A stretch of DNA of 64,000 nucleotides from Octopus sinensis (GCF_006345805.1 NC_043012.1:8308001-8372000); one strand, 5' to 3'. Numbered from the stretch's first letter, positions 1-12,517 are shown. The notes: a model not told the origin generated them from the letters alone. Program-made: numbers and translations.

Positions 1-339
1 TCTCACAACGAATTAAAGTCATGTTTACCCTGCTTCACGGAGAAGTTCCACATTATTTACTATTGTACATTAGTCATAAAATAATACAAACTAATTTGGA
101 ATTTCTGACATGCAGAATTTCTTCATCACGATTTCACAAAAGAAAGAAAAAGAGCCTCAAGCCCGCCGATGCAAGGCAGTCGACACCCGACTACCCGTAC
201 CCGTTTCACTACCGAAAGTTATCGTTTTACTTTTTGAACACGTTTATAAGCATGGTCAATCGACCAGACGAAACCTCGAATCAGTGTGTAGCCCCCGGTG
301 TCGTTGACACATAGACACACACATGCATATGTATATATA

Positions 340-552
340 AACGCACACACACACATATATGTATAAAGCGTATATATATCATTGTTAAAGAGAACAATAT
401 ATATATATATTTATTTATTTCTATACATCCACATACACACACGTATTTATATACACACATATGTACACAAAAATATAATGATACATATATATGTATGCAA
501 AAATATGTGGATACGTATATATAAATGCATGCATATGTATACATATAAGTAT

Positions 553-591
<39 letters not shown>

Positions 592-657
592 CACATATGT
601 ATATATCTATAGACGCACACACACACACACGCGCACACACACACACACACACACACG

Positions 658-710
<53 letters not shown>

Positions 711-946
711 GCATACACACATAAAAACATTCCTTATATACATACTATATATAAGCACTTTATATATTTAGATACTTATATGTATAAATGTGTGTGTATG
801 TATATATATATATGTATAAATGTGTGTGTATATATATATATATATATATGTATAAATGTGTGTGTATATATATATATGTATAAATGTGTGTGTATATATA
901 TATATATATATGTATAAATGTGTGTGTATATATATATATGTATAAA

Positions 947-987
<41 letters not shown>

Positions 988-1001
988 GTACACACACACA
1001 C
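340..1001. repeat. Compound (TA)n/(CA)n microsatellite with higher-order unit TATGTATAAATGTGTGTG(TA)n
   Basis: Directly visible; about 7 imperfect copies of a tgtataaatgtgtgtgta(ta)n unit at 778-960. It explains the YI/HT/CV ORFs. Confidence 0.95.
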
Positions 1002-1782
1002 ATTTAGGAATCCAAAGTTAAAACAAGAGTACTCAATATGTATCCTGGTGTTGATTTATTTGTATTCAGTCAATAATGAATCATCGACTTTACACGAATA
1101 AAAATTTTAAAAAATAACACAAAAAGAAAAAGTAAAAAAAAACGTATAAAATATGTGTATACAAATATATAGATTTTTTTTTTTGTCTTTTTTTGCGCTT
1201 TGTAATGCAAATCATAAAAGTGTTTGATGTGTGTAGAGTCTGATATTTGTTGATTTATATATCATACGAAGACTCACACACACACACGCACACATACACA
1301 TACGCACGCGCATAAATAAACATACATGACACCAATAAAAAATAATCTCTAAGTGTATGTATGTGTGTGTGTTTATCTGTCTGTGTATACGTGCGTTTAT
1401 GTTTAAGAGAGTTTGTGTCGTTTTAGACGGAAACGGACAGATAAATAAAACAGTCTTGATGTTAATCAAACAAATATGTTGAATTCAATATATGTATACA
1501 CGTATGTATTATATATACACACATATACACACAGACAGAGACACACGCACACAGACAGGCACGCACACACACACACATATATGTTTAATGTATTATATAT
1601 TATTTTGTTAAGAGAGTGGAGACGTGGTGTTTTAGTGCGTGTGTTTGAATACACAAACGTGTACATACAGGCACATAAAGATATGCACTTCGTGTTACAT
1701 ACACGTAAAAATATATGTATGTATATTTGTGTATGTAATGTATGCATGTGTGCGCGCGCATGTATATTATATATATATAAAG

Positions 1783-1975
1783 TCAATCCAAACATGAAAA
1801 CACAAAGAGAAAACACAACACGAGGACATGGAACAAATATAGTATTATTGGACGATCAGGAAAGAAGGAGGGTTTAACGTTTCGAGCGGAGCTCTTCGTC
1901 AGAAACATAGGAAAAGGTAAGATCCAAAGAAGGGAAGACGGAGGAAAAAAATTGCCAACGGTACACACGCGGTCA
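1783..1975 (-). mobile_element. Penelope-like element (pseudo-LTR) remnant, subfamily 1
   Basis: Homologous to 17555-17760, flanked by TA/TG microsatellites, and carries a hammerhead-like core. PLE identity is inferred from the ribozyme motif; no RT or GIY-YIG is seen. Confidence 0.55.
1872..1906 (-). ncRNA. Minimal type I hammerhead ribozyme motif
   Basis: Minus strand reads GTTT-CTGACGA-A-GAGC(TCC)GCTC-GAAA-CG-T-T-AAAC: stem I GTTT/AAAC, CUGANGA core, 4-bp stem II, GAAA and a palindromic ACGU stem III. Confidence 0.65.
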
Positions 1976-2154
1976 CATTTTGAATGACCGGAAGGGAATG
2001 GGTGAAGAAAAAGTTCTTTCAAAGACAGGAGAGTGCAAGAGGAGATATGTGTGTGTAAGTGTGGATATGTGCGTGCGCGCAGGTCTGTGTGTGTGTGTGT
2101 ATGTGTGTAAAGAGAGAGAGAGAGATGCGCACATGTACAAATATGAACACATAT

Positions 2155-2275
2155 TTTGACCTTTAAATTTTGGGGGGAAAATGCGGATTATATTCGAGGA
2201 TTTACGGTATATACATACGTATATGTACGTACTTACATACTGTGTCCCTGTCATTTTTTCTCGTCCCTCCTTAAT
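2155..2275 (+). repeat. 121-bp direct duplication (copy 1), pogo/Tigger-like TIR end plus flank
   Basis: About 97% identical to 4918-5038. The first ~55 bp match the right end of the MITE at 52641-52707 (GCGGATTATAYTCGAGGATTTACGG-TA). Confidence 0.9.
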
Positions 2276-2336
2276 ACAAAAGTACATGCACATGCAAATA
2301 TAGGTAGGGGTATATATATATATATATATATATATA

Positions 2337-3288
2337 CAAAACCCTGAAAATATTGCGCATCTGCAACATGAGCTGGACACAATATACAGGTGGGCTGAGG
2401 ACAACAACATGCAGTTTAATGCAGGTAAGTTCCAGGCCCTGCGCTACTGGCACACAAAGGTAAATGACGTGAAGACTGGATACACTGGCCCAGGAAGAAT
2501 TGCAATTCCTGAGTCAAAATCAGTGCGTGACTGGGCATTGACATGAGCAATGATGCATCTTCCAAATGCATATTGCTAATCTGGTGATAAAATGCAGACG
2601 GTAGCTGGATGGATTCTCCGAACTTTCAGAACAAGAGAGAAGGAGACACTGATGGTCCTATGGAAAACATTTGTCCTCAGCCGCTTGGAATACTGCTCCC
2701 AACTTTGGTCACCACACAATATAAACAAACAGCAGAACTCGAAGCAACTCAGAGAAGCTACACAAAGAAAATCGTCTCAATGCAAATGTCAGCTACTGGG
2801 AAAGACTGAAGGTATTAAACTCTTTCTCCCTGGAGCGGAGGGCGGGAGAGATATGCAGTGATATACATCTGGAAAATCCTGGAGGGTCTTGTCCAAAATG
2901 GGCATTCAAAGTTACTCCAACCGCAGAACGGGGCGCCGCTGCGTGGTGCCAAGGATTCCAACATCACCATCAAAATACAGGTCCAGATACTGCAACAGCT
3001 TGGGTTTCAGAGGACCACAGCTCTTTAACATCCTCCCTAAATGCCTGAGAGACTTACATGGTGTGGATGTGGGGTTTCTAAAACTAACTGGATCTCTTCT
3101 TGTTGGGAGTCCCAGATGAACCTACCTCACGACAGGAGACACGGATGCGGGCAGCAGCATCGAACTCCTTGTTGATCAAGTGCCACGTATCAGAGGTGGA
3201 TTTCAAAACTAGTGTAGCTCATTCAGCGGTGGTGCCCCAGATGGCCGCGGCCTTCGGGCTAAAACATTTTTAAGGATTTTTAAGGATT
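2337..3288 (+). mobile_element. 5'-truncated CR1/L2-type non-LTR retrotransposon (RT C-terminus, 3' UTR, tail), frameshifted
   Basis: Translates piecewise to LQHELDTIYRWAEDNNMQFNAGKFQALRY, GWILRTFRTRE..LWKTFVLSRLEYCSQLWSP, YWERLK and SLGFRGPQLFNILPKCLR. It ends in a (TTTTTAAGGA)2 tail and has (TA)n on both sides. Confidence 0.88.
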
Positions 3289-3364
3289 ATATATATATAT
3301 ATATGTGTGTGGTATTGTGTGTATATTATATATATATATATATATTATATATATATATATATAT

Positions 3365-4359
3365 ATCATCATCATCATCATTGTTTAACGTCCGTTCTCC
3401 ATGCGCATGGGTTGGACGGTTCGACCGGGGATCTGGGAAGCCAGAAGGCTGCATCAGGCTCCAGTCTTATCTGGCATGTTTCTACAGCTGGATGCCCTTC
3501 CTAACGCCAACCACTCCGTGAGTGTAGTGGGTGCTTTTTACGTGCCACCGCACAGGTGCCAGGCGAGGTGGCAACGGCCACGGTCGGATTGGTGTATTTT
3601 ATGTGCCACCGGCACGGAAGCCAGTCGAGGGGCGCTGGCATCGGCCACGAGTCGGATGTGCTTTTTACATACCACCAGACCAGGGTCCTGGCTGGTTCAA
3701 TTCGATTTCGATTTCGATTTCGCTTGCCCAAATGTCTTCGCAAGCAAAGGGGGTGGCATGGGTGCCTGTCGTACGGTTGGATTGGTGTATTTTACGTGTG
3801 CCACCGGCACGGAAGCCAGTGGAGGCGGCTGGCATCGGCCACGAGTCGGATAGTGCTTTTTACGTACCACCAGACCAGGGATCCTGGCTGGGGTTCAGTT
3901 CGATTTCGATTTCGCTTTCGCTTTCGCTTGCCCCAACATGTCTTCGCAAGCAAAGGGGGGTGGCATGGGTGCCTGTCGTCGGATGAGGTTCTATATCGAC
4001 TTCGCTTGCCTCAACAGGTCTTTGTGTCAAAGGGAGGAAAGGCATTCATAAGTGGGCTGGGCTCACTTGCCTGCCTGGTCTTCTCACGTACAGCATATTT
4101 CCAAAGGTCTCGGTCGCTGGTCATTTCCTCAGTGAGGCCTAAAGTTCGAAGGTCGTGCTTCACCACCTCGTCCAGGTTTTCCGGGTCTACCTCTTCCACG
4201 GGTTCCCTCAACTGCTAGGGATTGGCACTTTTTCACACCCTATCTTCATCCATTCTCGCCACATAACAATACCAGCGCAATCGTCTCTCTTGCACACCGC
4301 CAACTGATGCTCCTTAGGTCCAACATTTCTCTCAGGGTACTAACACTCTGTCGAGCATG

Positions 4360-4362
<3 letters not shown>
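3365..4362 (-). mobile_element. 5'-truncated RTE-clade LINE (ORF C-terminus, long repetitive 3' UTR, (GAT)n tail)
   Basis: Minus strand 4362-4060 gives VQERRLRWY..VARMDEDR..KKC..VEGTRGRGRP.KTWDEVVKHDLRTLGLTEEMTSDRDLWKYAV, a typical RTE C-terminus. The UTR contains a ~190-bp tandem duplication (3586-3778/3779-3980). Confidence 0.88.
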
Positions 4363-4398
<36 letters not shown>

Positions 4399-4403
4399 GG
4401 GGG

Positions 4404-4774
4404 GGCACAGGACATCATGAAACGTGTACAACAAAAAATACGTGAAAACAAAGAGGAAGGGTTACTAAGCCTAAACGAGGTTGTGGTTGTGGTAGCGAAC
4501 ATGTAAATCAAGCTTGGACACTATTCTGTTTTTGTTACCCAATTTTGACCCTTCGCAAAATCGAAAATTTTATTCAATTTGCTTTGCGGGAGCAACTGTT
4601 TTATCGAAAGCGTATATTGTTGTTAAATGCTCGAAATACGAGACTAGAAAAACAGCCAGCAACTGATGAAGGGTCGTTTTTTATGTTGTTTGTCTTGTTT
4701 TCCATTTTTGTCTTTCGTTGTTCGTAAAAATAGTTCATATTCCATGTACTCGTACTTCGTGATGTCCTGTGCCC
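4404..4774. mobile_element. ~370-bp element bounded by 19-bp inverted repeats (GGGCACAGGACATCAYGAA); probable inverted Penelope-like remnant
   Basis: gggcacaggacatcatgaa at 4404 and ttcgtgatgtcctgtgccc ending at 4774. The internal CAACTGATGAAGGG motif and the ATGTCCTGTRCCC end are shared with 8490-8659. Confidence 0.5.
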
Positions 4775-4838
4775 AATATATGGATACACACACACACACC
4801 CCACACACACAACACACACAAACACACACCACAACACC

Positions 4839-4907
<69 letters not shown>

Positions 4908-4917
4908 GCACTAAGGA

Positions 4918-5038
4918 TTTGACCTTTAAATTTTGGGGGGGAAAATGCGAATTATACTCGAGGATTACGGTATATACATACGTATATGTACGTACTTACA
5001 TACTGTGTCCCTGTCATTTTTTCTCGTCCCTCCTTAAT
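4918..5038 (+). repeat. 121-bp direct duplication (copy 2)
   Basis: See 2155-2275. Confidence 0.9.
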
Positions 5039-5397
5039 TCTTCTGTCCCTCTGCTTCTACTTCTCTCTATTCTCTTCCTACGTGACCGGCATTCGGCCAA
5101 GCCTGTTCTTTCAACTGTGGAAACAGTCCTCTCACAACCTGGGACCTTGAAGACTGCTTTAATGCAAGAAAGTATACTAGTCCCTTAATATTTTATATTC
5201 AATATTTCATCTATTCAACAAGAGAATCAATACTTCATTTCATTTTACTTTATATACTATTTATACCATATATTCTATATTCTACATTAATATTATAAAA
5301 ATATAAATAAAACATAAAAAACAGACAGAGTTGGAATTCCTTTGAAAATATACACACACACACATTATATATAGATATACATATATAATATATTATA

Positions 5398-5399
<2 letters not shown>

Positions 5400-5430
<31 letters not shown>

Positions 5431-5469
5431 CTATATATAATATTATATATATATATATATACTATATAG

Positions 5470-5537
<68 letters not shown>

Positions 5538-5540
5538 CAG
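5400..5540. repeat. (TA)n plus (GATA)n microsatellite
   Basis: Direct reading. Confidence 0.95.
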
Positions 5541-5556
5541 TGGTGTGTGTGGTGTT

Positions 5557-5729
5557 GTGTCTGTTTGTCCAAGAACACTGTTTGACAACCGGTTTCGTGT
5601 GTTAACGTCGCCGTAACGAAGCAGTTCGGCAAAAAAGTCTGATAGAATAAGTTCCTGGCTTGAAAGATCACTAAAACACACAAAGTAAGTACTGAGACGT
5701 AGTCTAACCACTGAAACCAGTAAAAGATC
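5557..5729 (+). mobile_element. SINE-B 3' half, diverged
   Basis: ttgacaaccgg..cgtaac..agttcggcaaaa..gatagaataag matches the SINE-B right module. Confidence 0.7.
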
Positions 5730-6121
5730 AAAGGTAGCTAAATAAAATGTTTACACACACTTACATACAGTTTGCATACATATACATACACACATTCATA
5801 TATAAAGATATGCCTACGTCATAGGTACACTCATATTATCCACACACATCCATACACATACATACATCATATACACATATATAATAATCAAATATACATA
5901 TACATGCATAAATTATCAATCACGCATGTGCACCCATTCCATGAGTAGAAGTATAGACGCACGCACACATCCATTTATATACATCTAAACATATACATAT
6001 AACCATACATCATACTGACACATATTCCAACATAGACAAGCATGTATACACGCACAAAAATACATACATACTTTCATGCATTGAAACATTCATACAGAAT
6101 AATCAAACACACACTCACACA

Positions 6122-6155
<34 letters not shown>

Positions 6156-6599
6156 ACACACACACACACGCACACACTCACACACACACACACACATACA
6201 CACACATACACGCACGCACGCACGCACGCACACTCAGCAATCCCCCGCTTCTCAAACTTCGGTGAAAGCGTGTTTGCAAGAATTGAAAAGTAGGCGGACA
6301 AATCGCCATGCTTCACAAAATTAGAATATTTTCAAAACTTTTTAAAACGTGCGTTCCGACACCATGGTGAGCAACGTAGAATTGTCTGGCGATAAACTCG
6401 CGGGGTTGGGGCATTCGTTTCTTTAATGTTTGATGGCGGTGAAACAGGGGCGGGGCTCGAATTTGTCAGTTTTGGAAACAAGAACCATTACACTCGTTCA
6501 TTCACATACAAATATATGCCAGAAACCGTTTTCTTCATTCGAGGAAATAAACCACCTTGTTGCTTAGTTAGGAGTGACTGGTATGGAGTCGGTAAAGGC

Positions 6600-6910
6600 A
6601 GTGAAATATCGTGGTTAAAAATTTGCTTCCAAATCACATGGTTCCAGGACCAATCACACTGCGTGGCACCTTGGGTAGGCGCCTTTTGCTATATATAGCC
6701 TTTGGCCAACCAAAACCTTGTGAGTGAATATTCGGAAGACAAACTGAAAGAAGCCCGTTGAGGTAAAAGAAGCATGATTCCCAACTACATGGTTCCGGGT
6801 TCAGTCCCACTGGGGGACAATTTGGGCAAGTGTCTTCTACTATAGCCTCGGACCGACCAAAGCCTTGTGAGTGGATGGTGTCGACGGAAACTGCAAGAAG
6901 TCTGTCGTAT
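6600..6910 (+). mobile_element. Two tandem SINE-B 5' halves
   Basis: Two copies of catggttcc..cactgcgtggcaccttgggcaag..aaagccttgtgagtg..aaactgaaagaagccc, the second ending at a (TA)n run. Confidence 0.8.
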
Positions 6911-6931
6911 ATATGTATATATATGAGTGTG

Positions 6932-6969
<38 letters not shown>

Positions 6970-6971
<2 letters not shown>

Positions 6972-7180
6972 CGGGAAGCTTTATGAAAATAAACAAAAGA
7001 CGAAGGCAGGTGGAGTACAAACAAACAATTGTATTAGTATGGCGCTCAGAAATATAAATAAAACAAGTCTTTTACGTTTCGAGCCTACGCTCTTCAACAG
7101 AAAGATACACAGAAAAGAAACACGGAGAGAAACAAGGAGAGAAAAAAATGCGTGCAGAAGCTAGCGATTCAGCATGGCGA
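6970..7180 (-). mobile_element. Penelope-like remnant, subfamily 2
   Basis: Homologous to 8290-8420 and to the reverse complement of 47790-47950; carries a hammerhead-like motif. Confidence 0.5.
7069..7104 (-). ncRNA. Minimal hammerhead-like motif with variant core CUGUUGA
   Basis: Minus strand reads CTTT-CTGTTGA-A-GAGC(GTAG)GCTC-GAAA-CG-T-A-AAAG. Confidence 0.5.
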
Positions 7181-8289
7181 TTCTGGCCAGAAGTCAGAGA
7201 CCAAACGTGATACATTGACTGGAGAAATAACCGCCCTATGAACATCTCTTAGGATCACTAGCCTAGACTAGTTTCGCCTATCAGATTTGTGTGCGTGTGT
7301 GTATGTATGTGTGTGTGTGTATACGTGCATACTTTAAGTCCGTTTAAGTGAAACGTTTTTGAGTGCGCTCATTAAAGCTCTTATGTTATTTATTCCGGCT
7401 ACTGTTCATTGTTCCTATCTTCCAGAGAAATTTTATGTGAAGGCTATTATTTTGGCGCCGCTATAGGCGTGCGATGAATATAGTAATAACATGAATTTTG
7501 CAAATCATATTTGTAAAGTCCTATGGATGGGGAATACTACAACTAAACCATGGCGTCTGCTTACCCGAAGCAGACCGGGAGTAGAGAGGACCTATCCTTG
7601 ACGAGACTGCAATGGAGACAAAAAGACCTAGCTGACTGACTGATTGATTGATTGATGGAGTAAACGATTAATCAAACAATGGATTAGTTAATTGGTTCAA
7701 TGTTAACTGATTGATCATTAACAATAAAAGAAGTGAAGAAAAGCCAGTGCGTGTGTTATTATTGACATAACGCCCGTCCCGAGACACAACAAAATCCGTT
7801 TCAACACGCGAGTTCACAACAATAACCTTGCATATCAAATACAAAGCTGAAATACCAATCGTTTGAGCTGAATCGTAGATGTAACCATGATGTTCTGGTG
7901 ATCTGAAGTGTTTGCTTCCTTTCTTTGCTATAATTTGCGACTAAAACATTGTATAATGCTGAATAGAACATACCTATTGATGCAAACGTGTATGTATAGT
8001 TTTCGCATGCTGAAATTAATGATACAACATGAAGAAGGTTACGAAACGGCTGTAATCATATGGAAGTCATACGGAAGACTAAATTTTCTTCACTCCTCAC
8101 ACATTTTGGCTTTGTACTTTTCCTTGCTGAAAACTTTATTGCTCAGATTTTCTGAGCTTTCAGTTACACGGTCACATCATATTACGTTACATTGTAATTT
8201 CTTATTACGCAGACTGATAGCCGATTCCGAATGGTGGAACTTGCTGTGATAGCCGCACGAGCATCTGAAACCATATTTTATATTTTATC

Positions 8290-8659
8290 ACGACACTGAA
8301 ACAAGTAAAACGAAAGACGAAGACAGGTGAGGGAAAAACAAGCAGGTGTATTAGTTTGACGCTCAGGAAGAATGGAAAAGTTTTCGACGTTTCAAGCCTA
8401 CACACTTGACAGAAAGGGTTGAGAGGGGAAAAAATGGAGAGAGAACGAAAAAAAAAAAGAAAAACGCTAAGAGAAAAACTGTATAGGGATAACGATTCAA
8501 CGCGGACTAGATGAAACAGGGACAACTGATGAAGGGGAATATTCTTTATGTTGTATGTCTCGTTTCTCTGTTTGTTTGATTTTTTTCGTTGTTCCAAAAA
8601 AAAGTTCGTTTCTATGTTTTCGTTTCTCATTGTGTTCAACGTTTTTTTAATGTCCTGTA
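8290..8659. mobile_element. Composite Penelope-like remnant with a degenerate hammerhead motif at 8381-8416 (-)
   Basis: The left part aligns to 6990-7104 and the right part to 4650-4774; SINE-C interrupts its end. Confidence 0.45.
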
Positions 8660-9043
8660 GTGGAAGCACTCCGTCGGTTACGACGACGAGGGTTCCGGTT
8701 GATCCGATCAACGGAACAGCCTGCTCGTGAAATTAATGTGTAAGTGGCTGAGCACTCCACAGACACGTGTACCCTTAACGTAGTTCTCGGGGATATTCAG
8801 CGTGACACAGAGAGTGACACGGCCGGCCCTTTGAAATACAGGTACAACAGAAACAGGAAGTAAGAATGAGAGAAAGTTGTGGTGAAAGAGTACAGCAGGG
8901 ATCACCACCATCCCTGCCGGAGCCTCGTGGAGCTTTAGGTGTTTTCGCTCAATAAACACTCACAACGCCTGGTCTGGGAATCGAAACCGCGATCCTACGA
9001 CCGCGAGTCCGCTGCCCTAACCACTGGGCCATTGCGCCTCCAC
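8660..9043 (-). mobile_element. SINE-C, full length, tRNA-derived, with 12-bp TSD
   Basis: Head GGAGGCGCAATGGCCCAGTGGTTAGGGCAGCGGACTCG..GGTTTCGATTCCC contains Pol III A and B boxes. TSD TAATGTCCTGTA lies at 8648-8659 and 9044-9055. Confidence 0.92.
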
Positions 9044-9139
9044 TAATGTCCTGTACCCATATATGCATGTATATATACATATATATGTAGGTATGTACAT
9101 ATATGTATATATGCATATATTTATATATTATTTATATTA

Positions 9140-9175
<36 letters not shown>

Positions 9176-9404
9176 TCATTCCATTTGAAATCAACCAGAG
9201 CTGTACGCGAGACCAACTCAGATTTAGCTCAAAGTTTTTTTGTCTTTTTTTTTTGGTAATACCTCTATATGCATAAGGTCCAACTCCTAAGGATTTCAAA
9301 GATATGCCCCGCCAAAATTTGAGACCCACACCCCTTGTGGAACGCGATGTCAATTTATACAGATTTTCGTGCTGAATATCTTTAAAGCTAACCATAGTGT
9401 GTGT

Positions 9405-9885
9405 GTGTGTGTGTGTGTGTTTGTGTGGCTGTATTTATCCCCCCACCGTCACTTGACAACTGATGTTGGTGTGTTTATGTCTCCGTAACTTAGCGGTTCG
9501 GCAAAAGAGAACGACAGACTAAGTACTAGGCTTACAAAGAAAAAGTCAGGGAGTCGATTTATTCGACTAAAGACGAATTTCTTTACTACCCACAAGGGGC
9601 TAAACATAGAGTGGACAAACAAGGACAGACAAACGGATTAAGTCGATTATATCGACTCCAGTGCGTAACTGGTACTTATTTAATCGACCCCGAAAGGATG
9701 AAAGGCAAAGTCGACCTCGGCGGAAGTTGAACTCAGAACGTAGCGGCAGACGAAATAGCGCTAAGCATTTCGCCCGACGTGCTAACGTTTCTGCCAGCTC
9801 GCCTTGTTCGACTAAAGGCGGTGCTCAGCATGGCCACAGTCAAATGACTGAAACAAGTAAGCGAATAAAGGAATAAAAGAATATA
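9405..9885 (+). mobile_element. SINE-B 3' half interrupted by SINE-A
   Basis: The right module is split at ttcgactaaag and ends ACTGAAACAAGTAAGCGAATAAAG. Confidence 0.85.
9573..9806 (-). mobile_element. SINE-A, full length, with 11-bp TSD
   Basis: Head GGCGAGCTGGCAGAAACGTTAGC..GAGTTCAACTTCC. TSD TTCGACTAAAG lies at 9562-9572 and 9807-9817. Confidence 0.92.
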
Positions 9886-10624
9886 CCAACTTCGAATGAA
9901 AAAGGGAAGATAATTTCAAGAATCCAAATTGATATGCTATTGAGGATAAAGATAATTTGATTGTTTGAAAGACTTAGAGGACAACAGTAATATTTGTTTC
10001 TGCCTCAATAGCTGTCACCAAAACAGCAGTTGTCCTATTTAGTTTTAAGTAGATATACAAATAAAAAAAATTACATAAATTGGTTACCATTTCGCGCAGG
10101 TCAAGCCACAACTAAACGGCCTGTGTGCGTTTCACTTTGTTCTAAATTGTAAACAAGGATTCGGTGTTCAATTCCAGGTTAACCATCAACAAATTTAATT
10201 AAATAGAATTTGATTAAAACAAAATTGTCAACCCTCCACCTACTCTTCCGCCCACTCTACCTCGCCCACCCACCCGCACTCCTTTCGTTCTATTACTCAT
10301 GTCTTTTACTCTCCCCCTCCCCCATCGTTAAACTCTTCACTTTCTTTACTCTCCCTCCACCCTTGCTTTCCTTTTGCTCGTTATTCAATTCACTTCTTTC
10401 TCCTCCTCCTACTCCCCCCACACTTTCTAACTCATGATCGCTTTTACGTTCCCCCATCCCTCTCCTCACACTTTAACCAATCCTTAATTCGCCCACCCCT
10501 TCCTCCCTCATTAACTCTCTCTCTCTCTCTTTCAATTCAACACCACCCTTCTCTCTGTCTGTCATTCTGTCTATCAGTCTCTCTCTCTCTCCTTCTCTCA
10601 TCTTTGCTTGTTCCTATTACAGTT

Positions 10625-11840
10625 GTACGTATATACTCACACACACACAACACACACGTACACACACACGTACGCACAACACACACACACGCGCGCCTAC
10701 ATATACACTTATGTTACACATACACAGATATGTGCATACACACACAAATATATATTCATATATACCCATGTATGTACACATGCACACACACGTGTACACA
10801 AACGTACATATGAGCAGCATATCACTACACATATACACACATGCATATATGTACACAAAAACACACATGTACACATGCATAAATGTACACAGACGCACGT
10901 ATATATTCACAGACAAGTACACATACGCACACACGTGTACAGATATAGACACATGCACACATTCATATATACACGTATATACACGTATACACAACACACA
11001 CACATACACAACACACACACACATACACAACACACACACACAACACAACACACACATACACAACACACACACACAACACACAACACACACACAACACACA
11101 CAACACACACACACACCAACACAACACACAACAACAACACACACACACACACAACACACACACCACACAACACACAACACACACACAACACACACACACC
11201 ATACACACACACACACACACATACACACAACACACACACACACACAACACACACACACAACACACACACACATACACAACACACACACACATACACAACA
11301 CACACACAACACACACACACAAACACACACAACACAAACACACCCACACACACATACACAACACACACACACAACACACACATACACAACACACACATAC
11401 ACAACACACACACAAACACACATACACAACACACACAACACACACACACACAACACACACACACAACACACAACACAAATACAAAACCACAACACACCCA
11501 CAACACACAACACACACACACACACACAACACACACACAAACAACCAACACACACACACATATATACAACACAACACACACACACAACACACACACACAC
11601 ACACACAACACAACACACACACACATACACAAACACACGCACACAACACACACACCAACCAACAACACACACACACAACACCACACACACACACACACAC
11701 ACAACAACACACACACACACAACACACACAAAACACACAACACACACAACACACCACACCTAAACACACACAACACACACGCATACATAAACTACATATT
11801 CCTCACTTTCAATATAATCACACACACACACACATACATA
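10625..11840. repeat. ~1.2-kb compound (CA)n/(CAA) cryptic microsatellite
   Basis: Direct reading; it is the source of the 421-, 380- and 350-aa HT/CV ORFs. Confidence 0.95.
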
Positions 11841-12483
11841 TTGACATGCACATATATAGGGAAGTACATCTAAACGTGTGGACATACGTATTCAAACACA
11901 CATACATGTTCACATACACACACACAATTGCTTCCCTTCTCTTTAGATCCACCACTACCACCGCCACCACCACAACCACCATCCCACTGCCACCACTATC
12001 ACAACCTATACCATCATCACCACTATCCCCATCATCATCATCACTACCATCACCATCACCATCATCACTATCATTGCTATCGTCTTCCTCTGCCTTCTCC
12101 TCTTGCTCGTTGTCATCATCATCATCATCGTCGTGGTCGTCGTCACCATCACCATCAGCAGCAGCAGCGGTAGAAGCACTTAGAATGTGATGGGGAGGGG
12201 GGTCGCGATATCTTCAGTTGATGTCGTCGTTGTGTTTAGTGAAGGAAATGAATCCTTTTTGTTGTTATGGGAGAGAGAGAGAGAGAGAGAGAGAAGAGGA
12301 GAAGGAGTGGGGAGAGGTGTTCAGATTGTACAGATACAGAGAGGGGGAAGGGGTGGAAGAGAAGGAGGAGAACGAAAACGTATAAACAGTGTGTGATGAG
12401 AGAAAGAGAGAGAAGATGATAGAAGGGGGGGAGTTAATATTGGAGATAAAGAGAGAAAGAAAGAGGAGAGAGTTGATATCTAA

Positions 12484-12517
<34 letters not shown>

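Noticed and set aside
21-314. 97-aa ORF in a CpG-richer unique segment
   Set aside because: No recognisable domain or splice context; it may be regulatory or UTR sequence but cannot be supported from this window.
3401-4218. 150-220 aa ORFs on the plus strand
   Set aside because: They are antisense to an RTE 3' UTR with tandem repeats; the real coding remnant is on the minus strand.
4650-4680. CTGATGAAGGG here and at 8527 as additional hammerheads
   Set aside because: Only the 5' half of the core is present, with no downstream stem II-GAAA; treated as truncated remnants.
8660-9043. tRNA genes at SINE heads
   Set aside because: A and B boxes are present, but there is no complete cloverleaf and the heads run into SINE bodies with TSDs.
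10608-11873. 421-aa His/Thr-rich ORF and overlapping Cys/Val ORFs
   Set aside because: These are translations of a CA/CAA microsatellite open in several frames on both strands, with no coding signal.
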